From NCBI RefSeq assembly GCF_030028105.1, contig NC_092379.1, forward strand, positions 26,591,821 to 26,655,820: 64,000 nt of DNA, given 5' to 3'. Source of the DNA: Mobula birostris. Taxonomy: Eukaryota. The position numbers and the translations under genes were made by a program. Below, piece after piece: positions 36,420-49,079 of this stretch. The notes under the pieces are model-generated. The model searched no databases and had not been told where the DNA came from. It saw only the letters and a list, made by a program, of their open reading frames with translations. The stretch's first letter is position 1. Every line of letters begins with the position of its first letter.

Positions 36420-37250
36420 TTAGTCATAATCATAGTCATATTTTATTGATCCCGGGGGAAATTGGTTTTCGTTACAGTTGCACCATAACTAGTTAAATAC
36501 TAATAAACTCATAAATAATTGAACTGTAATATGTAAATTATGTCAGGAAATATTGTCTCAGGGTGTCTGACCCTCCAAGGGATGAGTTGTAAAGTTTGAT
36601 GGCCACAGGCAGGAATGACTTCCTATGACGCTCTGTGTTACATCTCGGTGGAATGAATCTCTGGCTGAAAGTACTCCTGTGCCCAACCAGTACATTATGT
36701 ACAGGATGGGAGACAATGTCCAAGATGGCATGTTATTTAGACAGCATCCTCTTTTCAGACACCACCGTCAGAGAGTCCAGTTCCATCCCCACAACATCAT
36801 TAGCCTTACAAATGAGATTGTTGATTCTGTCGGTGTCTGCTACCCTCAGCCTGCTGACCCAGCACACACCAGCAAACATGATCGCACTGGCCAACACAGA
36901 CTCGTAGAACATCCTTAGCACCGTCCGGAGACGCTAAAGGACCTCAGTCTCCTTAGGGAATAGAGACGGCTCTGACTCTTCTTGTACACATACTCAGTGT
37001 TCTTTGACTAGTCCAGTTTCTTGTCAATTCGTATCCCCAGGTATTTATAATCCTTCACCATGTCTACTCTGACCCCCTGGATGGAAACAGGGGTCACCGG
37101 TACCTTAGTTCTCCTCAGGTCTCCCATCAGCTCGTTAGTCTTTTTTTTCCACATTAAGCTGCAGATAATTCTGCTCTCACCATGTCATAAAGTTTCCTAC
37201 CGTAGCCTTGTACTCAGCCTCATTGCTATCTCTGCGAAGATACACATCGA
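36420..37250 (-). mobile_element. Rex/Babar-type LINE 3' fragment (unit C, ORF broken)
   Basis: ORF pieces 36733-36921 and 36538-36723. Confidence 0.8.
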
Positions 37251-37474
37251 CAGAGTATGGATGGATTTCACAATACTACATGTGTGTTTCTCGTCAACGA
37301 TACTGTGTTTTCACGTATGCTATGTGGACATGTTGGTCCTATAGAGCAATTATGTCCTGCATTTCGGTATAAATTTATGAAAATCGGTAAAATCTGTGTC
37401 AAGGAAAACAGAGTCATCTCTAACACGATAACCCGGACGCATTTTTCAGAGATGCCACTTAACCTGGAAACATC

Positions 37475-37770
37475 TTCCGTGACATTGCTTCTCTTATTAC
37501 GGACAGAAATGACGTGGAATGTGCATAAAATAGAAAAAAAGAAGAAAGATAAAACAATGGTGATCTTAATTGACCAATTACCGGTTAACATGCAGCCAAA
37601 ACAACCAATCACTTCGTTTGTCTCCCTGTCTGTCTCTCTCTCTCTTTCTCGAGTAACCAATCATGAGTATCTGATGGTTGGTATACTTCGCTCGCATTTC
37701 TGTTAACCGGTCAGAACCGCAACATCAACAAATTGCACCGTTGCTTGTCGTACTCGACATAGCAGACAAC
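37475..37770 (+). promoter_or_regulatory. V3 promoter (TGACGTGG + 3 CCAAT)
   Basis: TGACGT at 37510; CCAAT at 37574, 37605 and 37657. Confidence 0.6.
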
Positions 37771-38211
37771 ATGTGGGCAATCCGATTTTGGGCACTAATA
37801 TTTATGCCTGCACTACCCGGTATGTTCAGTGTATGATATTCGTGCGCTTCCTCTGGGACATATTTCCGTTGGAAAATTCTCATACGTTTCTTATTTTCTT
37901 CCAGGCGAGAGTGGTGAATATTTGGTAATCCAGGATCCGGCAGTAATTGCGGTTCAGGAAGGTCAAAGCGTGCTGCTGAACTGCAGCTACCCTGCAACAG
38001 CTGCCAGCACGCTGTTCTGGTACATGCAATATCCTGGACAATCTCTAATATATTTATTGATGATATACGCAACAGGGAATGGAGGAGAGCGATCGCCTGA
38101 TTGCCCAGACAGGTTTTCGGCTGCAATAGACAAAGGAAGTGCGACGGTTCCTTTCAGAATATCTGCTGCTCGTCTCTCTGACTCCGCCGTATTTTTCTGT
38201 GCCATGATGCA
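37771..38211 (+). CDS. TRAV: TCR alpha/delta V segment V3 (leader 37771-37819, V exon 37905-38211)
   Basis: Leader MWAIRFWALIFMPALP-G, 85-nt intron, open V exon ending DSAVFFCAMM. Confidence 0.9.
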
Positions 38212-38250
38212 CACATTACTGCCGAGCTATAGAACGCCACTACAAAAACC
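38212..38250 (+). other. 23-RSS of V3: CACATTA-23 bp-ACAAAAACC (consensus nonamer)
   Basis: Read directly. Confidence 0.92.
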
Positions 38251-40039
38251 GTTTGTAAAATTTAAAATTTGCAGACTTCAGGGGGCAGCATAGAGATAAT
38301 GTTGGCTCCGCGGCACATTTTGCAGGAAGATACAGACTGAAACAATCACCCAGTGGAAATGCATCGTGTGTTTACATTAAGACATTGTAGCATCTCGAGC
38401 TGCTTATCTGATTGTGTAGAAGTCCTGGACAATATTTCAATTGATTAAAATTCGTTTGACTTGAGCGATGAATTTATAGCGATACCAAACCCTGCAGTGG
38501 GTGTTTACATTTTGTCGTCTAATGTTTACGCTCATGCTACAGTCACAATTCGAATAACAGGCTAACAGAATTGTCACGATATTTAGCCATAGCTCGGAAT
38601 TCCTCTGAGCGGCGAAGTTTCCATAGTCTTGGGAGCTCATTTCAGAAATACCGACATTACTCTCAGTCATTGTTGCATCTCTTGTCTGATGCTGTCGTTT
38701 GCCTCCATGCTTTTTTTCCCCCCTCTCATGAATGGTTCATAAAAAGTCGATTCCCCATTTCAATGACAGCATTTGGTCCTCCATTCAAGGAAGGGAGCTC
38801 AGAAATAATACTTAAATACAAACGAATAGGTCAGTGCAGTTCCAGCAGCGAAGTCCGCATCTCCGAACAGTCCATACCGATCTGGAGGAACTTTGGCCCG
38901 TTAGATTTCACATTATTGTATTCAACCTATGCATTTTCAGCAAAATTGGATTTGTTTCCCTTGAAGAGGAGAAGGTGCAAACGGAATTGAGAAATTTGCA
39001 CGACCTGTTTGCGGCTGACGAAACTTGCATCATTTTAATATTGGTTACGCTTAACCTTCCCAACCAGACTACGGAAATATTTGAGCGGGTCGAACAGCTT
39101 ATTTTGGAAATTCTTTCTTTCAGAGCATAAATAGTTTCAGCAGGAACTCAGTTTCTTGCCAAATAAACCCCTTTCCGTTCAAATACAGATAAATGGCTAA
39201 AAACATAGCTTCTCTTATTCCTTATTATTTTGATATAACCAAACATTCGGTACCAGTGATGCCCAAAATAAATGAATCTGTTGGACATTGCAATGATTAA
39301 ATTAAAGACTGCCCGTGTTTCCACTTCTTCGGAATCTTTGTCTTTTCCATGAAGCTCCTGAGGATCAGAATCGCTACTACAATGGATCTTGATGTCGGCA
39401 AAAAGCAGCAAGGTTAGATAGCACAAAACCACGAAGATTAGTTATAGTTCAATCCAAAGACAGTACAGCATGCAGACGATACGTCAGATCATCGTGATTT
39501 AACCGCTGCAAACACACTGAATGCGAAACATATAATGACAATAAGACAAGCTTACTGATACCCCTCATAAAATGAACATTGAATCGCTGCGGGTCCGTCG
39601 AACGGAGGGTTCAGTGTGTGCTGTTTCCACAATGCAGTGTCTCATGATTTTTGCGTATAATTCTTGGAGCAGCCTACAATAGTACAGCGATATTTTAAAA
39701 TATCTTAAATTGACGATGTTTCCTCATAAACAACGGGTTCAAAATTTGCACGCTGAGGTAACTACGACGAATAGTGGTTTCCCAAAATCAAACAAAGAAC
39801 CTGCCGAAATATTTTGTAATAGGTTTAAAGGCGGAAATTGTACTTGCAAGACCCTCCATCTTCTGCACAGATTTTATTCTATTTGCATCTGTCTCCACTA
39901 TTAACAAAATCCCCTTTACTAAAACAGCTTGTGAACAAGTATCTTTGTTTGTAATAATTCAGGTATTGGAGATTTTATGAATCTTAATAACATCAGAGAT
40001 TCGGTTCATTCGGCCACAGTCGCAGCCTGCCCAGTTTCT

Positions 40040-40600
40040 CTCGGTAATACTGATCTAGCAATTCCACAACTGAGAAGTCCAGCGGATCAGGCAGCATCTA
40101 TGAAAATGAATGAAGTTTTGACCCTTCGGACTGAGATGCTATATCAGGGCTAGGAAGGAAGCGGAAGGAAACCAAAAATGACATGGTGGGGGTCTGGGAC
40201 AATTACAAGTTGGAAGGTAATAGGAGAAGCCAGGTGACGGGCTAAATTCCCTGATAGGGAACCGAATGTGAAGTGATAAAATGTGAAAGGAGAGATGGAA
40301 CATATATATGCCTGCAAAAGAAGAAGTCTGATCGTTGCGAAGAGAGCATCATTGGAATATGGGAAGGAGGTGTATGACACGGATGTATTAGGCAGAAGGC
40401 GTAAGAAGGGAGACGATATGCGAACTGAAAAACGTGAGAATGTTTTCCAATATTTGGAAAACAAATATTGGACGTTGCAGAAAATGATATCTATGGCTTC
40501 CCGTTTGAAGTTACACGAATGGAAGAGAAGGAATTGGACACATTTTGGTGAATAAAATAAGGAAATATTACTCCCCACATCGGCCAATGTAGCAGAGGAG
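40040..40600 (-). mobile_element. Penelope-like 3' relic, unit C
   Basis: Homologous to 25470-26020; retains LLCYIG. Confidence 0.6.
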
Positions 40601-42774
40601 GTTTGTTAGCTTTTAGTTCCCTCAGGAATAATGTATGAACGAGGTATCTTCAAATTTGTACACGAATAACTCTAACTGTTTTGAACAGTAAATAACCTTC
40701 CGAAGCATGGGCAAAACAGATGACTTAGTTTCCGATATATTAAGAAACTTAAAGCATGATGTCAAAGAGTGTGTGTGTCCTTCTTTCTTTTTTTTTGATT
40801 TTATTTCACTATGTTGCAGTCATTAAACATACAGCTCCATTTATTCTGATGAAAGTCGATTAGCGACTTCAAAATCTCTTTTTAGCATTCAACTCGCCCA
40901 TTGTTTCCCAATGTTATTGTCCAGGGGCGGCAGCTGATGCGCTCTAGTTTCTGCGTTTTGAGGTTCATCGTGATATCAATCATAGAGAGAGAGAAAAAAA
41001 AAACACGTCGACCAGAAGCTACAACACTTGTGGATACGCGCCTGCCTCGCTGATGTCAAAAGTTGCCCACTGTTTACGTTTTACATCGATATCCTGAATG
41101 TCGAATGTAAAGTTACTATCCTCCAATGAAGTACACTCTGTACATTGCCTCTCATTTAACCTAGCTTTCCCGATAACTGCCTCTGCACATTCTGTCACTA
41201 AATTATTCGGTGGTGCCCTCTACCGTTGTGTGCAAAGCACTGGTACCTGTACACTGTGTGGTTGTGGGGCTTCTCAGTAACTAATTTACACCCGCGCACA
41301 TCACTTTGTTGCCAAAGAACTGACATTTTATTTTATATAACATCAACATAATTTTCAACTTGTGCGAATTGAAATTCAAAATCTATGCCAAAATAAATTA
41401 GAAACATAGTATATTGATTGTGTATGAATATAAATCATAAATACTGGAAATAATTAAACTTTCAGACATTTCATAGATTCACTATATTTAAATTGTCAAT
41501 GTTTCAAGTTAAAAACACTGTTGCAAATTTTAAGAACAATCAAAGAGTGGAAATGGATAGCTGATTGATAATAAATCGCCAGCGCGCTGAACACACATGC
41601 TGTCTAGTTAACTATATTCATTTTGTCATTGTGCCTATCAGTGTTTGATATCATTTACTTGTGTTATGATATGTTGTTTGTGCTTGTTCGATATGAAAAA
41701 TATCCATATTCTGACTGTTTTGAGTAAAAAAAAAAGCAGTATTCCAATCTATCCAAGAAATAAAGCATCTGTCTGCTCAATATTAGGTTGTCCACAGATA
41801 AGACAATGCATAGAAAAAAAAAGACAACACCACCTATGCAGTACATCGGAACATTGCAAAGAAAATTACATGCAATGTTCAGTTGGTAGTCGGTAAAAGA
41901 TATAAAAGCTAGAATAATTAACACATGCAACATTATATAATGTGATCTTAGTTCGAACACGAAATAAAGTAATAAGGCTTTCAGAACATTTTCTGGTTAC
42001 TGCAGTAATAAGGAATTACGTAGTTGAACCAGTGTTCCAAAGCGCAGGTTAAACAATGTAACGATACATTCACAAGGTATTCTCTGAAGGCTCTGACGAT
42101 GCACAATATAGAGTTGCTTCAACTCACCTTAACGATATTTATGAAACTAGGTTTTCAGATTAGGAACGCACACGGATATTCTGGAAAAGAGAAGCTGAAT
42201 TCTTGCCAATGAGTTACATAGTAGACAACATAAGGATCATAAATTATAGATCCATTTAGTTGAGAATGTAAGCTTGTGTTGCAGGCTAATTTTTCGCAGA
42301 CTGAACGGTGGGGTGATTCCAATCAAACGGATCTCTCAGCAGTTGGGTACTCAAACTTCCGTCTCGTGAAGATTTTTCTCCATTTCCATACCTCTGTATT
42401 ACTGTCAGCGACTCATCTGCAGCAAACGTCTTCATGAGGTATTTTATAGTACTTCACACTCACTAAGTGAAGCAGGGCCCCGTCATCGCCCTTCCGAATA
42501 GCCTCAGTGCATCTCTTTGTATCTAAGCGATATTAGGATTTTTTTTCGCGTGCTCTGCTCTATCTATGCGTGTCATTTTATGTACCACATCGACTTCCCT
42601 TCTTATTCACCGCCGCTCAATTTGGAGAACAAACCTAGGGTCACCAGACTCTCGGACAACGAAGCTCCTTCATCCCATGCAAAGGAGTTGCATCTACTTC
42701 GTCCCTCCCTATCGTTTTGTACAATCACTGGTCGCAGACCTCAGAGGATGTCATATATATTTTATAAAATTCGA

Positions 42775-43015
42775 ATATTATTTCGGATTCGATTTCCTTT
42801 CCTTTTTTGCTTTAATGATCACACCAGTTGAACTATGTGATTCTAAAAAAAAATGTTGTTGATCATGGAATTCAACCTCACATATTTCGCTCCAAAATGT
42901 GAAGATTCACTCCCTAAACGAGCAACATAATTACCTTAGGCTGTTTGATTTAAACACCAATTGTCGTATTTTCTGTTGTTCGAAGGTCAATGAGTTAGGA
43001 AGATCATTATCTTCG
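42775..43015 (-). mobile_element. hAT fossil C-terminal remnant (unit D1)
   Basis: DNDLPNSLTFEQQKIRQL, homologous to the A and C copies. Confidence 0.7.
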
Positions 43016-43380
43016 AGGTGACGGGTTAAGTTGCCTGATAGGGAACGGAATGTGAAGTGATAATATGGGAAACGATAGATGGAACATATATATGGCTGCA
43101 GAAGAAGAAATCTGATCACTGAGAAGAGAGCATCATTGGAAAATGGGAAGGAGGTGTATGAGACGGATGTGGTAGGCAGAAGGCGTAAGAAGGGACACAG
43201 AATTCGAACTGAAAAACGAGAGAATGAGTGGAAAACAAATATTGGACGTTGCCGAAAATATTATCTATGGCTTCCCGTTTGAAGTTACACGAACGGAATA
43301 GATGGAATTGGACACATCTCGGTGATTAAAATAAGGGAATATTCCTCCCAACATCGGCCAAAGTAGCAGAGGAGGCTTGT
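43016..43380 (-). mobile_element. Penelope-like relic, truncated (unit D1)
   Basis: Homologous to 51197-51560. Confidence 0.55.
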
Positions 43381-46119
43381 TAGCTTTTAGTTCCCTCTGG
43401 TATAATGTATCAACGAGGTATCTTCAGATTTGTACACGAATAACTCTAACTGTTTTGAACAGTAAATATCCTTCCGAAGCATGGACAAAACAAACGATTT
43501 ACTTTCCGATATATTAAGAAACTTGAAGCATTATGTCAAAGTGTGTGTGTGTTCTTTTTGTTCGCATTCTATTTCACTATGCTGCAGTCATTAAACATAC
43601 CTCTCCATTTATTCTGATGAAAGGCGATTAGCGACTTCAAAATCTCTTTTTTTATCATTCAACTCGTCCATTTATTCCAATGTTATCGTCCAGGGGCGGC
43701 AGCTGATGCACTCTAGTATCTGCGTTTGAGGTTCATCGTGATATCAATCATAGAAAAAAAAAAAACCCGTCGACCAGAAACTAGAACACTTGTGGATCTG
43801 TGCCTACCTCGCTGATGTCAGAAGTTAGCCTTTGTTTAAGTTGTTATCGATATCCTGAATGTCGAATGTAAAGTTACTATCTTCCAATGAAGTATTATCT
43901 GTACATCGCCTCTGACTTAACCTAGCCCTCCCGAAATCTGCCTCTGCACAATCTGTCACTAAATTATTCGCTGGTGCCCTGTACTGTTGTGTGTCAAGCA
44001 CTGGTCCCTGTACACTGTGTGGTTGTGCGGCTTCTCAGTAACTAATTTAGACCCGCGCACATCACTTTGTTGCCAAAGAACTGACATTTTATTCCATATA
44101 ACATCAACATAATTTTCAAGTTGTGCCAATTGAAATTAGAAATCTATGCTAAGATAATTTAGAAACATAGCGGATTGATTGTTTAGTGAATATAAAACAT
44201 AACTACTGGAAATAATTCAATCAAAGAGTGGAAATGGATAGCTAATTGTTAATAAATCTCCAGCTCGCTGAACACACATACTGTCTAGTTAATTATATTC
44301 TCTTCGTCATTGTGCCTATCAGTGTTTGATATCATTTACCTGTGTTATGATATGTTGATTGTGTTTGTTCGATATGAAGAATAGCCATATTCTGACTGTT
44401 TTGGGTATTTTTATTTAAACAAAAATGAAATTATAATTGTATTTTTTTCTTTGAAAAACTTTCATCTAGTGATTGTATTGTTTTCTCTTCTCAAATGATA
44501 ACGTGTGTATTTTTTTTTCGTATTGAGAATGTCCATATAAAAAGAATGTCCAAATTAAACTCCAAATGAGTGAGAAGCAAGAGAAAAGCTAGTTGCCTGA
44601 ATAAAGTATTTGTCTCTGAAAATGTAAAATTGGAAAACAATTACAAAATTTTCACTATTTAAGTTATTCCTTCTGTGCATGCTGTATAACGAAAGTGGCC
44701 AAATGTGTAATTATACCAGAGAGTTGGTGTGGTGAGAACTGTGATTTGGAATTTTCTGAATACATCAGCACTGAGCTTCAGACACAAAAAAAAAACATTG
44801 AAGAAGTTAGTGCAATCTACTTTCCATGCACAAATTGTAAATGACGTAAAAAGAAATTTGTACGGAGAATGTGTACATTGGACTTTAAAATTCGACTGGA
44901 AATGAACCGAACAATGAATCACTGTTTGTGAGATCTTTGGAGCAATCCGCACTTGACATCATGACAATAGTTAAAGCAGGAAAAAATAAATACCAACAAT
45001 TAACTAGATATTTTAAAAAAAGTATTATATTTACGTAAGATAGAGCAAATGTAATGCTTGGACTGAAATTAAAAAAAAAAAATGATGGTGCTGCAGTCTT
45101 TTGCCAAGAAATAAAGCATCTGTCTGCTCAATATTAGGTTGTCCACAGATAAGGTGGTGCAGAGAGAGAGAAAAAAAACACAACAGCAACAACATTTATA
45201 CAGTACATCGGAACATTGCAAAGAAAAGTACATGCAATGTTCAGTTGGCAGTCCGTAAAAGATAGAAAAGCTAGAATACTTAACTCATGCAACATTATGG
45301 AATGTGATCTTAGTTCGAACACGAAACAAAGTAATATGGCTGTCAGAACATTTTCAGGTTACTGCATTAATAAGGAATTACGAAGTTCAAGCAGTGTTCC
45401 AAAGCGCAGGTTAAACAATGTAACGATACATTTACCAGGTATTCTCTGAAGGCTCTGACCGATGCACAATATCGAGTTGCTTTAAATCACCTTAACGATT
45501 TTTTACGAAACTAGGTTTTCAGTTTAAGAATGCACACGGATATACTGGAAACGAGAGGCTGAATTCTTGCCAATGAGTTACATAGTACACAACCATAAGG
45601 ATCATAAATTATAGATCCATTTAGTTGAGAATGTAAGCTTGTGTTGCAGGCTAATTGTTCGCAGACTGAGCGCTGAGGTGATTCCAATCAAACGGATCCC
45701 TCAGCAGGTGGGTGCACAAACATCCGTCTCGTGAAGATTTTTCTCCATTTCCATACCTCTGTATTACCGTCTGCTAACCATCTGCAACAAACGTCTTATA
45801 GTACTTAGCACTCACTACGTAAAGCAGGGCCCCGTCATCGTCCTTCGGAACAGCCTCAGTGCATCTCCTTGTATCTAAGCGATATTAGGAATTTTTTCGT
45901 GTGGTCTGCTCTACCTATGCCAGGCATTTTATGTACCACAACGACGTCCCTTGTTATTCACCGCCGCTCATTGGGGAACAAACCTAGGGTCACCAGACTC
46001 TCGTCATAACGAAGCTCCTTCATCCCATACAAAGAAGTTGCATCTACATTGTCCCTCCCTGTCGCTTTGTACAAGAACTGGACGCAGACCTCAGAGGATG
46101 TCATATATATTTTATAAAA

Positions 46120-47920
46120 ATCAGTTATTATTTCTAATTCGATTTCCTTTCTTTTTTTGCTTTAATGGTCACAGGAGTTGATGTGATTGGCAAACATAAT
46201 GCTGTTAATAATGGAATTCAACCTCACATATTTCGCTCCACAATGTGAAGATTGACTTCCTAAACGAGCAATATAACTACTCTAGGCAGTTTGATTTAAA
46301 GACCAATTGTATTATTTTCTGTTGTTGCAAGGTCAATGAGTGAAGAGGATCATCATCTTCGAGGTAGTGTATATTTGAGAGCAAGGGAATGCAGATCCGA
46401 TGCTCAACTTCAAATTATCAACATGGGAATAACTTTTTATACAGTTAAGGACTTTTATCTCGATGTTCGTCAATGTGTTTCGTCAAAGAAATTGAAAAAC
46501 ATTTTTCTCCGCACTTTATCTTGGTGTTACACTTCCTCCAGCTTTTAAAGTTTGCATAGATGCCAGTCTTTATTATTTGCTTGGCAGCTCCGCTAAGAAA
46601 GTGGGATTTTACTTTCAGTAGCATAAATAACGGAGACTTTAGGATATTTAATAGGAAGTTTTATTTCATCCATATGTTTCAATATATGCGACCGCAGCGC
46701 GTGCTGCCATTTCGGTGGTGATGCATGTTATCTGTCAAGTAGGGGATCGTCCACAATTCTGATTTGATGGAGACGGACGTGAGAGTACGGAGGAACATCT
46801 GAAAAACTTCTGAAATGTCTGCTTCTCTGCTGTGCTGCTGTGTGGTAACAGGAATCTCCGGAGCAGAAGGCCCCGAGATCCTCGGCTTTGCTTGTTTTAG
46901 CGGCCGGGGCGAGGTCGAAGGCGCTTGACAGAGGATGGCGCTCGGGACGTTGTATCGGAGAGGCTGGTCGGAAGCACGAATTTTTCGGACGGATAGACTC
47001 AGTGCCGGCTGTATTCGGCTGCCTCCAAGGCATCGGCAAGTTGACGGTGCCTGGAGTTTTATGACAAGGAGTTTCCCCCTTTGGCCGCCTGCTATCGGGG
47101 ACTCGGGAGTCGATAGACTCGGGGACGTCTGAGACTTTATTTACCGTGCCCATAGTTAGTTCTTCATCAAATCATGGTATTGCTTTGCACTGCTGTAACT
47201 TATGTTATACTTGAGTAGTTCTGTCACTGTTATTCTTTGGTTTGTCCTGATTTCTGTGATATCACTCCGGGAAAACATTGTATCATTTCTTAATGCATGT
47301 ATGCATTTCTGAATGACAGTAAAAGAAGACTGAGTGTTCTCATAATCTCAGGTACCTGCCAGTCATGCCGAGCCACGGGTACATGCCAATATTTCAAGGT
47401 GTTCCAAGTTCTAGTTTCCGTTTTTTTTCCAGCAAAAGTGAAATGTTGTCCTGACTTCTAACGTACGCTCCAAGACATCCTTTTTGACACTAAAGAGCTT
47501 CAGTTTGCGGAATTTCTTAATAGTCTGCAGCCACTTCTCGATAAAGTCCTTTAAAATACGATTCTTCCGTGATTTGCTTCAAAAATGGTTGATGAATTGT
47601 ATGTCTGTTGACTGGAATTCTTTGAGGGCTGTTCGAATAATCCTGGTTGCCATTGGAAATCTGCTAAGGAATAAAGATTCAAACCGACGTTTGGAGTTTC
47701 CATGCTCACTGAAGTAGCTAAATCAGATGCAAGGCATGCTGTCACATCAGCTGCATCTGTCCAAACGGTACGCAGTTGTTGCTTCCAGTCAAATTCCTTT
47801 TTGGCTAAACACGTTCATAAAATTTCGACGTGTTTTGGCATTTTCTGGAATGGATGCAGAAAATAGGAATTGATCTCGAGCAGCATCATCCTGCGTACAA
47901 AGATTAAAACAGAAAACTGA
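46120..47920 (-). mobile_element. hAT fossil, N-terminus deleted (unit D2), with SINE-like insert at 46692-47349
   Basis: Homologous to 4040-5860. Confidence 0.75.
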
Positions 47921-47922
47921 AA

Positions 47923-48080
47923 GAGATCACCGGTACCTTAGCTCTCAACAGGTCTACCACCAACTCCTTAGTCCTTATTTTCGCATTAAACTGCAAATAA
48001 TTCTACTCACACCATGTGACAACGTTTCCTACCGTAGCCCTGTACTCGGCCTCATTAGCATCTCTGCGGAAGGTACACAT
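47923..48080 (-). mobile_element. Rex/Babar LINE remnant (unit D2)
   Basis: Homologous to the promoter-proximal part of the unit B/C Rex copies. Confidence 0.75.
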
Positions 48081-48304
48081 CGACAGAATATAGCTGGATT
48101 TCACAATACTACATGTGTGTTTCTCTTCAACGATACTGCGTTTTCACGGAAGCTGTGTAGACATGTTTGTCCGATAGAGCAATTATGTACTGCATTTTGG
48201 TATAAATTTATGAGAATCGGTAAAATCTGTGTCAAGGAAAACAGAGTCAACTCTAAGACGATAACCCGGACGCATTTTTAACAGATGCCACTTAAGCTGG
48301 AAAC

Positions 48305-48599
48305 ATCTTCCGTGAAATTGCTTCTTTTATTACAGACAGAAATGACGTGGAATGTGCATAAAATAGGAAAGAAAGATAAAACAATGCTGATTTTGATTGA
48401 CCAATTACAGGTCAACGTGCAGCCAAAACAACCAATCACTTAGTTTCTCTGTCTGTCTGTCTGTCTCTCTCTCTTTCTCTAAGAGCCAATCATGAGTATC
48501 TGATGGAAGGTATACTTCGATCGCATTACAGTTAACCAGTCAGAACAGCAACATCAACACATTCCACCGTTGTTTGTCGTACTCGACACAGCAGACAAC
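48305..48599 (+). promoter_or_regulatory. V4 promoter (TGACGTGG + 3 CCAAT)
   Basis: TGACGT at 48343; CCAAT at 48401, 48432 and 48486. Confidence 0.6.
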
Positions 48600-49040
48600 A
48601 TGTGGGCAATCCGATTTTGGGCACTAATACTTATGCCTGCACTACCCGGTATGTTCAGTTTATAATATTCGTGCGTTTCCTCTGGGATGTCTTTAAATTG
48701 GGAAATACTCATATGTTTCTTATTTTCTTCCAGGCGTGAGTGGTGAATATTTGGTAATCCAGGATCCGGCAGTAATTGCGGTTCAGGAAGGTGAAAACGT
48801 GCTGCTAAACTGCAGCTACCCTGCAGCAGCTGACAACACGCTGTTCTGGTACATGCAATATTCTGGACAATCTCTAAGATACTTATTGAAGAGATACGCA
48901 ACAGGGAATGGTGGAGAGCGATCGCCTGATTGCCCAGACAGGTTTTCAGCTGCATTAGACAAAGGAAGTGCGACTGTTCCTTTCAGAATAAATGCTGCTC
49001 GTATCTCTGACTCCGCCGTATTTTTCTGTGCCATGATGCC
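48600..49040 (+). CDS. TRAV: TCR alpha/delta V segment V4 (leader 48600-48648, V exon 48734-49040)
   Basis: Intact leader, 85-nt intron and open V exon with canonical Cys/Trp/Cys. Confidence 0.9.
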
Positions 49041-49079
49041 CACATTACTGCCGAGCTATAGAACGCCACTGCAAAAACC
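49041..49079 (+). other. 23-RSS of V4: CACATTA-23 bp-GCAAAAACC
   Basis: Read directly. Confidence 0.9.

Larger units (their letters stand above)
27796..41752. repeat. Tandem duplication unit C (~14.0 kb; long type without young CR1, V3)
   Basis: Colinear with unit A throughout, with an empty CR1 site at ~28310. Confidence 0.9.
41753..45103. repeat. Tandem unit D1 (~3.4 kb), V-less
   Basis: The head joins directly to downstream-of-V sequence at AGGT (43016-43019); no leader, V or RSS. Confidence 0.88.

Noticed and set aside
41215-41270. YRYQCFAHNGRG resembling an I-set Ig F strand
   Set aside because: Not conserved in paralogs (DQS, DQC), surrounded by stops, and no B or C strand.
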